From Octopus sinensis (lineage: Eukaryota), in assembly GCF_006345805.1 (NCBI RefSeq), contig NW_021832635.1:1-37789 (forward strand): a stretch of DNA of 37,789 nucleotides. Reading direction: 5' to 3'. Below are positions 1-11,299 of this stretch, piece by piece. The position numbers were made by a program, and so were the translations under genes. Within the stretch, counting starts at the first letter, position 1. The number at the start of each line of letters is the position of its first letter. A model generated the notes under the pieces. The model was given only the letters and a program-made list of their open reading frames with translations, was not told the origin of the DNA and ran no database searches.

Positions 1-81
1 GTTAATTTCGAAGAATTTCTATTTCTTTGGGCTATCTCATTTGTTGTGTGGAGCTGATCCAAAAATTACCGTCTGGTAATT

Positions 82-227
82 ACGTTGGAGTGCTGAAAAG
101 TTCCTGGCTTTGGAGAAAATGGAAATACTGAAGTATCAGTTAGTTATGATTTTATTCAAAATAAGGTTGACTCTAACCAAGCCTTTCGTGATAACCTTAA
201 AACCAGGAACTTTTCAGCACTCCGTGT
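82..227. mobile_element. MITE with mariner-type terminal inverted repeats (copy 1)
   Basis: Perfect 21-bp inverted repeat GGAGTGCTGAAAAGTTCCTGG (87-107) / CCAGGAACTTTTCAGCACTCC (203-223); interior similar to copies at 470-682 and 15448-15669. Confidence 0.75.
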
Positions 228-266
228 GTGTTTGTGCTTGTGCATGTGCTTATGCGTGTGCTTGTA

Positions 267-303
<37 letters not shown>

Positions 304-412
304 ATGTGTGTGTGCGTGTGTGTGTGTGTGTGTGTGTGCGGTGTGTGTGTGTGTGTGTGTGTGTGCGCGTGTGTGTGTGTGTGTGTGTATGTGTGTGCGT
401 GTGTGTGTGTGT

Positions 413-460
<48 letters not shown>

Positions 461-461
461 G
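224..461. repeat. (GT)n microsatellite
   Basis: Near-pure TG dinucleotide array with GC interruptions. Confidence 0.95.
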
Positions 462-469
462 AATACACA

Positions 470-682
470 TACGATGGCTGCTGAAAAGTTCCTGGCCTTG
501 GGTAAAAGAAAATACAGGAGGGTCCAGTTAATCATGATTTTATGCAACACATTCCCCTCTCAGACTTACACACTTATTGCAGCAGTCGTTCAATTTTTCT
601 AAGACCTGTATAAGAACTTGGAAGGTTGGACCTCTAACCAGGCTTTTCGCAATAGCCAGGAATTTTTCAGCACCCACTCCTA
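470..682. mobile_element. MITE, same family (copy 2)
   Basis: GCTGAAAAGTTCCTGGC (480-496) / GCCAGGAATTTTTCAGC (655-671), one mismatch; shares internal AAAAGAAAATACAGGAGG, CACACTTATTGCAGCAG and GGTTGGACCTC with copy 3. Confidence 0.75.
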
Positions 683-798
683 TGACACATCTTCGACAGA
701 TGGAGATAATTTTTGATAAATCGAGAATTTTTGTCATATGAAACAAAATAAAAGATAAAAATTAAGAAAATAAATCATCGTATTGGAAATTTTGTTAA

Positions 799-939
<141 letters not shown>

Positions 940-1179
940 TGAAATATAGTTTCATCTATAGGATCCTTATAGATGAAGGAAAAAAAAAACGGCGAAGAAA
1001 ATACAACACGAGAAAAAGAATCAACACCGACATTTGGTTTTCAAATTTCAATATATTTTTTAATAATTAATTTATAATCAATTATATGCAAAATAAAAAA
1101 TACAAAAGAAAACTTTAAGAAACAGTTTTAAGCATTTATGTCAAAGAGGCAATAATTCAAGAGAATATATTTAAAACTT

Positions 1180-1642
1180 CTACGTGTGTGTGTGTGTGTG
1201 TGTCTGTATGTGTATGTGCGTGCGTGCGTGTGTGTTCGAATGAGTATGCGTATCCGCGTGTCTGTATATGAGTTTATGGGTGTGTATATATATATATATT
1301 ATATAAAGTGTATATGAATTGTATTTATATATATATATATTATATATATATATATATACATATATGTATGTATGTATGTATGTATGTTTGTATGTATTAT
1401 GTATGTATGTATGTATGTATGCTTACATGCATATATGTATGTTATTTTGCATGTATATATGTATGTATCGGAGTGCCGGGTTTTCGTTATTTCTATGCGA
1501 ATGTGTAGAGTACATACATACATACATACATACATACATACATACATACATACATACATACATACATACATACAAACATATATACATACATACATACATG
1601 CATGCATAGATACATACATACATACATACATACATACATACA

Positions 1643-1674
<32 letters not shown>

Positions 1675-1700
1675 CATACATACATATACACAATATACAC
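1180..1700. repeat. Compound (GT)n/(TA)n/(TATG)n/(CATA)n microsatellites
   Basis: Direct inspection. Confidence 0.9.
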
Positions 1701-1999
1701 ATTCTCTTACATAAAGAGGCGGAGTCATTTTGCCAATAAGATAGAAAAGTATTGGTTCTTTTTCACATTTTATCATTTTTGTTTTTTTATTTCTTAACCA
1801 AATCGACTGGGTGATAAGTTTTTCAATCAATGAATTCGTCACCATTTCCAGCCTCATCTATGACTGCCTCGGGACAGACTTGAAGTAATGAGGCACGTTG
1901 GAGACAATAACCAGCGAACAAGTGTCTCCTTAGTCTGCTGGCTGTGGGTAGCTGACATTTTCCATCATACCCAGCAAAATAGGCTGAGACTTTTCATCA

Positions 2000-2135
2000 A
2001 ATAATATTAATAATAATAACAGCAACAATAATAATAGTAGTAATAATAATAATGGCAGTAGTAGCGGCAACAACAGCAACAGCAGCAGCAGCAACAACAA
2101 CAAAAATAACAACAACGACAAAAATAACAATAACG
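2000..2135. repeat. (AAT)/(CAG)/(CAA) trinucleotide low-complexity tract
   Basis: Direct inspection. Confidence 0.85.
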
Positions 2136-2604
2136 GACTGAAATATATTCAGCGTGTGTGGGTGTTTCTACTTGGCAAAATGACCCACCCAAAATACATG
2201 CACCAACACGTGAATTTGTAGTATGAACCTTTCAAAAGAAACAAAAAAAGATGTATGTATGTATGTATGTATGTATGTATGTATGTATGTATGTATGTAT
2301 GTATGTATGTATGTATAATATATGTATGCGTAAAAGCCTGTGTGTATGGAGGTGTGTTTGCCTATCGTATACTCTATACATTTATTCGAATATGCACAAT
2401 TTTTGCATGCATACATGAGACATCAAGTACATCAAGGATTTCGTTTATTTATCTATTTTATTTTATTTTACTTTTTTTTTGGTATACATTTTGTGCGTGC
2501 TTGTAACCAATTAAACTTTTGAAAGCATCAATGATTTTTGTCATTTAGTTATTGTGCAGTACAATTAAACTTAAAAAATATGAAAAAAAAATAATATTGG
2601 AGAG

Positions 2605-2624
2605 AAAATAACAATAATAACAAC

Positions 2625-2686
<62 letters not shown>

Positions 2687-2858
2687 TAAAAATAAAAATA
2701 ATAAAAATAATAATAATGATAATAATAATAATAACAATAATAAAATGATAATAATAATAATAGTATATAATAATATAATAATAATAACAATAATGATAAT
2801 AATTTATAATAATAATAACAATAATATCATAATAATAATAATAGTAATGATAATAATG

Positions 2859-2951
<93 letters not shown>
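2605..2951. repeat. (AAT)n microsatellite, ~350 bp
   Basis: Direct inspection. Confidence 0.95.
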
Positions 2952-2952
<1 letters not shown>

Positions 2953-3299
2953 GGATAGAATAGATAAAAAATAAATTCAATTTTTATCGGGAGTTGTAGT
3001 CGAAATGTTTCGATCTATTCTATTCCATATCGACACCTATTACAGCAGAAACAAGTATTGATTTGGTACACAGGCACAAAGGAAGCCTCAAAATTTACAA
3101 AAAAAAAAAAAAAAAAAAAGAATTATTATGGAAGCCGAAATGAAATTGTGTGATAATCTATGTATTTTTGTAAGGCATTAATGGCAAAAAATGAATTGAA
3201 TCTCCATCTACGCTACGCAACAGATCGGATTTTCGATCACAGAGTAGTATTATTGGTAACATATGTATGTTAGGGATCCCGAAATCGAATCACTCAAGA

Positions 3300-3385
3300 A
3301 TTTCTCTCTCTCTCTCTCTCTCTCTCTTCTCACTTTCTCTTTTGTCTTCATTCTCTCTAATACACACACATATATATGTACCTAC

Positions 3386-3447
<62 letters not shown>

Positions 3448-3544
3448 TAAATACATACATATATACATCATACACATATATATATATATATATATATACA
3501 TTCATACATATATACATATATATATACATGTATATATATATACT

Positions 3545-3603
<59 letters not shown>

Positions 3604-3661
3604 CGAATGTATGTATGTATGTATGTATGTATGTATGTATGTATGTATGTATGTATGTATA
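3300..3661. repeat. Compound (CT)n/(TA)n/(CA)n/(TATG)n microsatellites
   Basis: Direct inspection. Confidence 0.9.
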
Positions 3662-3693
3662 CCGCTGGATTTGGTCAAAAAGAGACGATGAAC

Positions 3694-3729
3694 ACTGGTC
3701 TGAAGAATATTGAGTGAAACCTAGCCAGT
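3694..3729 (+). ncRNA. Degenerate minimal hammerhead-ribozyme-like motif
   Basis: ACTGGT-CTGAAGA-ATATTGAGT-GAAAC-CTA-GCCAGT; 6-bp stem I with one G.U pair; stem II weak; G16.2 replaced by C. Confidence 0.35.
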
Positions 3730-4377
3730 TGATCAAGCAACCGGTGCCTCATTTCAGTGAAGGACCGGCGCGTAATAATATCGTCGAGGGCGTGCAATCT
3801 TTCCTGATGACTCCATAAGCCTGCAACGCTTTCAACTGGTAGCATTTGTAATCTGATCCGCAAATGGTTTGCAATATATATATATATATATATATATACG
3901 AGACTAGAAAAACAGCCAACAGCTGATGAAGGGTTGTTGTTTGTTTTGTTTTCCATTTGTGTATTTCGTTGTTCGAAAGTATAGTTCATGTTCCATGTAC
4001 TCGTGCTTCGTTATTTTTGTTGTACATGTTTCATGACGTCCTGTGCCCCACATATGCTTATATGTGTACGTATACATGTAAGTATGTATATATACGTATG
4101 TATATATGCATATATATATATAGATATAATATATATATATATATATGCATGTATGTATATATGTATATATGTGTGTGTGTGTGTGTATTTAAAAAAAATA
4201 TATATTCTCTGTCTCTCCATTTTCGTTACAAATATATTCAGCCCTATATTGTATATATGCAAATTTCTGTCTGATTTATTTAATCTCTTAGTAATAAAGG
4301 GTTCATAAGCAGTTAGATACCACTCAGCACTGATGAAATCTCAACAGAGGATTATATACATATATACATATATATGT

Positions 4378-4750
4378 GAAGGCGCAATGGCCCAGTGGTT
4401 AGGGCAGCGGACTCGCGGTCGTAGGATCGCGGTTTCGATTCCCAGACCGGGCGTTGTGAGTGTTTATTGAGCGAAAACACCTAAAGCTCCACGAGGCTCC
4501 GGCAGGGATGGTGGTGATCCCTGCTGTACTCTTTCACCACAACTTTCTCACACTCTTACTTCCTGTTTCTGGTGTACCTGTATTTCAAAGGCCGGCCTTG
4601 TCACTCTCTGTGTCACGCTGAATATCCCGAGAACTGCGTTAAGGGTACACGTGTCTGTGGAGTGCTCAGCCACTTACACGTTAATTTCACGAGCAGGCTG
4701 TTCCTTGATCGGATCACCGAACCCTCGTTGTCGTAACCGACGGAGTGCTT
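4378..4750 (+). mobile_element. tRNA-derived SINE, type A
   Basis: Pol III A box TGGCCCAGTGG (4388-4398) and B box GGTTTCGATTCC (4431-4442); body closely matches 23714-24060. Confidence 0.9.
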
Positions 4751-4757
4751 CCATCCC

Positions 4758-4796
<39 letters not shown>

Positions 4797-4941
4797 CGAG
4801 GTTATGAGAGGTGTTGGTATATCTAAAAGACCCAAAGAGTGTCAGGTAACGCTAAGTAAATGCTATGGACAGACCGTAGTTAAACTCTTGGCTCGATAAT
4901 GATACACGAGTGAGGAGTCTAATGTGGTTCTTGTATTAGCA

Positions 4942-4984
<43 letters not shown>

Positions 4985-5073
4985 GGATAAAATTTTTTCG
5001 AAAAAAACATTTATTTCCCCAAAAAACTTTATCAATGGCCAGCATATCAAAAAATACCTTTAAAGGTTAAATT

Positions 5074-5269
5074 TATAAACAATTCATAATTAAGGGCAAA
5101 AGAAAAATTTCTAATGCCAGATATGCCGAAAAATTAACCATATAATTTTTTCACAAAGTAGCGTCCATATTGTGAAAAAATTATATGGTTAATGGACAAT
5201 ATGTCCAATTTTTCGGCATATCTGGCATTAGAAATTTTTTCTTTTGCCCTTAATTATGAATTGTTTATA
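5074..5269. mobile_element. Fold-back palindrome / MITE-like element
   Basis: ~60-bp outer arms nearly perfectly complementary, plus a perfect 23-bp inner stem TTAACCATATAATTTTTTCACAA / TTGTGAAAAAATTATATGGTTAA. Confidence 0.75.
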
Positions 5270-5280
5270 TATATATATCT

Positions 5281-5443
5281 TAGACAAAATGAGGTGACAA
5301 GGCTAAGGCTGTGAGGAATTTTCAGGACATTTATAAGGAAAAAGTTATAGATATATTCTTACAGAAACAGCCGTAAGACTTTATCTTTTTCTTTATAAAT
5401 GGCCTGAAAACTCACAGCCTTGGCTTTGTTATCTCATTTTCTA
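5281..5443. mobile_element. Second fold-back / MITE-like element
   Basis: ~65-bp imperfect inverted arms (TAGACAAAATGAGGTGACAAGGCTAAGGCTGTGAG... / ...CTCACAGCCTTGGCTTTGTTATCTCATTTTCTA); inner TCTTAC/GTAAGA. Confidence 0.7.
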
Positions 5444-5447
5444 TTAT

Positions 5448-5484
<37 letters not shown>

Positions 5485-6639
5485 CATCTGTATGTATATA
5501 CATATGTAACTAAATGCATCTGTGTTTACATAATGTAGTGTTGTTAGCTGAAAATATATAGATATATTCTGCAGAACAACGTACCATTGAGACAATATAC
5601 TGTAAACAAAAGATCAATTTAAACATTCTTTTATTATATATTTCTCTTCCTCCCTCGTATGACCTGCTTTTTCGTTTCACTCATGCTTTTCCATTCCAGT
5701 TCTTCTGTCATGCTTAATTATTCTTTCCTTTCTCTTGTTTAATATTGTGCACGTGAATGTGTGTGGGGGGAGTCCATTTTGATCTCTTGTTTCATACTTT
5801 AACTTCCCGAAAAATTGTTTTGTTTCTCTCTCTCTTTTTGCTTTTTGTTTTAAATATATAATTCTGTTTCCATTCGGCTTATCTAACATTTTTTGCTATG
5901 AAAGACACAAGTCCCAAACAGTCACTTTCATTCTGCAAAAGACGGTAGCAGTGCGTAAATTTGAGTATGTACTACTTTTCCCATCAGGTTGTGTATCACC
6001 ATTGAGGGCCACTGCTGGTCTTCTTTACCTCTAATTGAAACCAGAACTACAAGATCCATGATCGAGAGGTATTCCAACTATGACCGCCTCGGTTCTTTTG
6101 CAAGGAGTATATCTCGATATCTTGCATAATGATGTAGTTGAGATGGCCAAATGATTAAAACAGATAACGTCACATTATTTTTTTTAAAGTTTGCTTTGCG
6201 TCATCAGGTAAAATTTACTTTCATCGTATGTTCCTTGGTGTAAACACTTTATTTATTCTCTTTTGTCTTAAATTGAGGTCCAATAAATATTTCTGTTCCT
6301 CTTGTAATTGAATCCGTTCGCTTGTTTGGATTATCAGTTAAATTCGACATGCCGCCGGCATCGCCATCATCATATGGATATCAGCTTCCACCATGTTGGA
6401 TTGAAACCGTTTTATAATAAATGAATATTTTTTTTCATTTTATCATTTATACCTAATTAATAAAACATGTCTTGAAACCGAAATGATCCACCCCCGTCTG
6501 CCAATAATACTACCTTCATTCCACCCGACCAGAATTTTTTACAGTGCTGCCGTCCTATATTAACCTTTATCCGTTGCAAAATCCACTACCACTTCTACTA
6601 TCCTTACCATTCATATTTAACACTACAAATCCATTATAC

Positions 6640-7025
6640 AACTCTATTTTTGCTACAGTTCCACCCCACCGTCTCTGCCATCTATCGAAATCTCCCCCCC
6701 CCCCCATCACCAGTCACTACCATCCGACTGCTTCCTCCTCCCCACCACTCCAGTCGATACCACCACTGCTACCACCACAATCGTTCATTTTTCACCACTA
6801 ACACCACTACTACATAGACCATCACCTTCACCATCGCCATCGTCATCACCACCATCAGTGCCTCCATTACCATCTCCACTACGTAGGCAATCACTATTAC
6901 TACAATCGCCGCCATCAACATCATCACCGCCAACAATATTACTGCCACTCTTACCACCACCACCACTACCACCACTACCACCATCACTACACTCAATTCC
7001 CCACCCTCAATCACCTCCCCCACCC
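6640..7025. repeat. (CAC/CAT/ACT)-rich low-complexity tract
   Basis: Degenerate trinucleotide repeats directly downstream of the minus-strand exon. Confidence 0.7.
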
Positions 7026-7030
7026 TTTAC

Positions 7031-7459
7031 TCACTGACCGTCAATGAAAGGTATGTTAACATTGTCGTAAATGCTAACCTTCGAAGAACTAGTTGGTTGG
7101 AAAGTCATGGGCCGCTTGGCCGACGGATACTGGAGCGGTGCCGGTTCTGGTGGGTTGTCCATATCCTGCAGCCACTGACGCCTCGGGTAGGAACCAATTG
7201 CAGAGATACCGTCGGCTTCGTCGTAATCGTCGTCTTCGTGCTGGCTGGAGGTCGTCGAACGCACCACGGTCGATGACGTCACGTTGTAACCGGCCGGTTT
7301 CTGAATCGGTGAAACACCACCCAGTTGACCTTGAGCTTGAAGCAAAGGGGTTCGCTCTAAAGTAGGTGTGGGAGTCGAGCGCATCGATTCGTCAATGGCC
7401 GATCGAAATTGTTGCGATTGTTGCAATTGTTGCGATTGTTGCAATTGTTGCTGTTTTTG

Positions 7460-7499
<40 letters not shown>

Positions 7500-8920
7500 A
7501 ACATCAGTTCTTGTTGCTGCTGCTGTTGTTGGAGTAACAATTGTTGCTGCTGTTGTTGTTTTTGCTGACGAAGTTGCTGCTCCAGTTGCTGCTGCTGGAT
7601 CTGCATTTGCTGCTGAAATTGCATGTGCTTCTGCTGCGACTGCTGTTGCTGCTTTTGCATCAGTTCCTGCTGCGACTGCTGTTGCTGCTTTTGCATCAGT
7701 TCCTGCTGGCGTTGTAGAAATTGTTGTTGCTGCTGTTGCAGCTGTTGTTGCTGCAGTTGCTGCTGTTGCTCTTGCTGCTGCTGCAACAGCTGTTGGTATT
7801 GCTGGTTCCGAGCCAAAGACGAATCGGCGGCATGGTGTCTCGAGGTGGTCGCGTACTTGCTGCTGCTGACGGCGCCGGAAGACGCGGCCAAATTACCGCC
7901 GGCTACAGGCTCGCTTGGATGATACTGGTGGAGCGAACGAGGAGCTGTGGCATATCCACTGGCCGGTACGTGAGAAGATGGTGCCTGGAAATGCCTTTGC
8001 ATCGACTGGTCAGCGGAAGCTTGACCAGCAGAGGAAGACGAGAAACTGCTTTGGGTCGAGTACTGCTGCTGTTGCTGTTGTTGTTGTTGTTGTTGATAAT
8101 GATGTTGTTGCTGCGATTGAAGCGTTGACGATACATCCGATCCTTCTCCACTAACAGCTACACCACCGCCGCCACCACTAATAATTACTCCACCATCACC
8201 ACCACCACCACTACTGCTAACACTGGTACCACCGCCACCTGCGGCCACAGCCACACCGCTTCCTCCCACAGTAGCGACACCAGGACTACCACTTGCGCTC
8301 CTAAAACTGGCACCACTTTCACCACCCGCCATAACACCGCCGGTACTCATGCTACCCGTGGCAGTGGCTTCTGGAAGATTCTGGACTGGCTCGTAGTCAG
8401 AGCTAACTGCTCGGCCGACATGTTCTTCTTTTGGAGAAGATTTCGGATGGCCCTTGATTTGCGTTGGTTGATAATGGTAATGCTGATAGCCTGTTGGCAT
8501 GGTATTCGAACCAGCACCGCCAGCAACCCCAGCACCAGCACCACTAGCAATACCAGCACCACCAGCACCGCCAGCAACACCAACACTACCAGCACCAGCA
8601 CCAGCACCACCACCAACACCTGCGCCAGCACTAGCACTAGAAGCCGAACCCGAAGTCGAACCCGAACCAAATTTGTCTTTTCCGTCTTGAGGTACCACAA
8701 TTGTGGGTAATGTACGTTCTTTACCGTGCCCGTCGTTCACTTGCATCGTCGGTGCGATTCTTACTCTCTTCGGAGATGGAGCTGTCTGCTTGTAAGATCT
8801 TGTTGGATAGCCACCGTCAACCGTTTCTAAACTGGATGGTGAAGTTTCATCGAAAGCGGTCAGCGGTTGCTGTAGTCCATCACCCTTAGTAATAGTTTTA
8901 ACTTCAACAGCCAAATCTTC
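7031..8920 (-). CDS. Large Gly/Ala/Ser- and polyGln-rich coding exon of an unidentified multi-exon gene; ends with an SIYDNV motif
   Basis: ~630 codons open in AT-rich DNA with elevated GC; minus-strand polypyrimidine tract TTCTTTTTTTTTTTCTTTTTGCTTTCTAG acceptor (AG at 8922-8921), phase 0, exon starts EDLAVEVK; the TTG start at 8914 in the ORF track is not a true start; 3' end is either TGA (7033-7031) or an overlapping donor. Confidence 0.88.
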
Positions 8921-9189
8921 CTAGAAAGCAAAAAGAAAAAAAAAAGAATAAATTAAAAGAAAATATAGGTAAATATAATCAAATATACTCAAAAACATTT
9001 GACTATATGTCTACTTGACTATAGTCAAAACATTTGACATAAGTAAATAAGACAAGTATCTTTTTTAAATGATAAAGTTGAAAATTTATTAAGAAGTGGA
9101 ATACGTTTATACAAATATACGTATATATATATATGTGAATATTTGTTAACAGAAATAAGGGTGGAGATAAACAATGAAAACGAATGGAG

Positions 9190-9405
9190 GTAAACGTGGC
9201 TGTGTGGTAAGAAGTTTGTTTCCCAGCTTCATGGTTCCAAATTGGGCAAATGCTTTCTGTTATAGTCTCGGGCAGGCCCAAAATCCTTGTGTGTAGATTT
9301 GTGTTAATGCTATGTTACCTCGTAATAATCCTTATTATCATATTATCATTGATATGTATATATATAAATATATATGCATATATACATATATATATGTGTG
9401 TGTGT

Positions 9406-9437
<32 letters not shown>

Positions 9438-9627
9438 AGCCGAAATTGCGAGGATAATCTGGTGCTTGACTGAGAATAGAGGGCTTCGAATGACTCGTCC
9501 TTGTTTTCTTTGTATTGTCTATCTGGATGTTTTGTTGTCCCTTTTTGTATCACCTAGCTATCCGATTTTTTGCGTTCTTGTCCTATATTATATTATATTA
9601 TATTATATTATATTATATATATATTAT

Positions 9628-9673
<46 letters not shown>

Positions 9674-10025
9674 TATACATATATATGTATATATATCTAT
9701 ATATATATATTATATTATATATGTGTATGTATGTAGCTATGTATATATATATGTGTTGTATGTAGGTATGTATATATATATATATAATTATATGTGTGTG
9801 TGTATGCCTGTGCGTGAGTGTCCCACCACCTCTTGACAATCAGTGTTTACTGTGTTTACATCATCATGACATAGCAACACTGCAAAAGAGACTGATAAAG
9901 TAAGTTTCATGCTTAAAAAGCAAAATGTGCTGGAGTCAACTCGTTCGACTAAAATTCTTCAAGGTGGTGTCCCAGCATGGCCACAATCTAATGACTGAAA
10001 CAAGTAAAAGATTAAAAGATTAAAA
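9190..10025 (+). mobile_element. tRNA-derived composite SINE, type D, with a hugely expanded internal (TA)n/(TATTA)n tract
   Basis: 5' GTGGCTGTGTGGTAAGAAG...GGTTCCAA and 3' CCAGCATGGCC...AATGACTGAAACAAGTAAAAG match copies at 21444, 31596 and 33031. Confidence 0.85.
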
Positions 10026-10358
10026 AATTAAAAATATAAATTTCATACCAAGTAAATTCTTCGTGTACTGAAATATTTTCCGTGCATGAACGGAGAATGC
10101 AAGTGACGGCTCGTGTTTTTGCGGCAGCTAGATTAACGGTATGTAAGAATAGCATTCAGATGAACACTAATTCGAAGAAAGAGAAGACGAGGAAGACTAC
10201 GGGCTCTATAAGGTGCCGACTTGTGCATGAAGACGGGTTTGAAGGCGGTTATTTGGCTTTGTGAAAGCATAGAGTACGCAACTGATCGAAAGCACCGGGT
10301 GGGAAGTACTGCCCGATGCATAAACGTACAGAGGCTGAACTGACTGACGATCACAAAG

Positions 10359-10560
10359 CAGAAACGTAAGAGCGCCGGGCTAAAATTTTTAGCGGCATTT
10401 CGTCTGTCTTAATGCTCGTATTCGAATGCCGCCGGGCCAACTTCGCCTTTCGTCCTTCCGGGGTCGATGAAATAAGTACCAGTTGTATACTGGGGATCGA
10501 TGTAATCGACTTAGCCCCTCGCCCAAACTCCAAAATTGAGCCAAAATTTGAAATTATTAT
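10359..10560 (+). mobile_element. SINE type C, diverged copy
   Basis: Shares GGGGTCGATGAAATAAGTACCAG...GATCGATGTAATCGACTT core with 15744 and 20217 copies. Confidence 0.8.
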
Positions 10561-11262
10561 AATTACTTTTTCTTTTCTTTTCTTTTTTTAGTAAAATTCG
10601 AGCCATATCAAATTGACACAAGACTAGCACAGTTATTTGATAAAGAAGTAACAAAAGACATTTGTTTTACTTTTCTTCTCAAATAAATGTCCCAACTATA
10701 ACTTATCTTAGCCAACAGTGGACAATAGACTGTTTTCGCAACCACGTGTATTTTTCAAGATATATCACATTTTGCATAAAAAGGTACAGTTGTTTCAATC
10801 ACTTTATCTTATTTCTACACCAATGGAACCACACCCGACTTATGAATGAATACATAGACAACTGTAACATCATTTTCTTTTTTTTTCTGTCCATCTGTCC
10901 ATCCATCCATCCACCCATCTGTCTGTTTCTCTATCTGTCTGTCTATCTCTCTCTGCACACGCACGTGTATTATCATACAGAGATATTTTCCGTATTGCTT
11001 TATAAAGACAAAATTTTGAACTCAAATTAAAAACGTCAAGTCATGAATATTTACGTATGGTGTATAGAGAGCAACTTTAAGAACATATCTTGCTTTTGCT
11101 ATGAGACTTATGTATTGGTCTACTGTTATAAATCCTATGACAGAAAGTTACCAACCATCTTGCACTTGCTTTTTAAGCATATTTATCTAAGGATGTATAG
11201 TTATTGGTATACGTGTTATACTAGCGTATGTCAGTATAATCCAGTTATGTATGGATGGTCAT

Positions 11263-11299
11263 CACAGACCAGCCCAGACCAGCCCAGACCAGCCCAGCC
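11263..11299 (+). repeat. 10-bp tandem repeat (CAGACCAGCC) x3
   Basis: Direct inspection. Confidence 0.8.

Noticed and set aside
1795-2005. GC-balanced island that might be a downstream exon of the minus-strand gene
   Set aside because: No convincing acceptor/donor pair around an open frame and no recognisable protein motif; left unassigned
4329-4356. CTGATGA followed by a hairpin (AATCTC-AACA-GAGGATT)
   Set aside because: No GAAA box or stem I follows, so it is not a complete hammerhead; similar partial hits at ~3803 and ~3924 were rejected for the same reason
4378-4450. tRNA-like sequences with A and B boxes (also at 13207, 20217, 21444, 27955, 33595)
   Set aside because: Each continues into a shared SINE body, and I could not fold a full cloverleaf; these are SINE heads, not tRNA genes
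7093-8889. Plus-strand and alternative-frame ORFs overlapping the Gln-rich exon
   Set aside because: Shadow frames of CAG/GGT-rich coding sequence; only the 627-aa minus frame has a splice acceptor and spans the whole GC-rich block
7031-8920. Naming the Gln-rich exon DLC1/STARD13 or USP6NL
   Set aside because: Only a 6-residue motif supports it; no SAM, RhoGAP, START or TBC domain is visible in the window
10075-10350. Short ORFs on both strands (60-73 aa) in a non-repetitive segment
   Set aside because: No recognisable domain or strong splice signals; probably an old repeat remnant between SINEs
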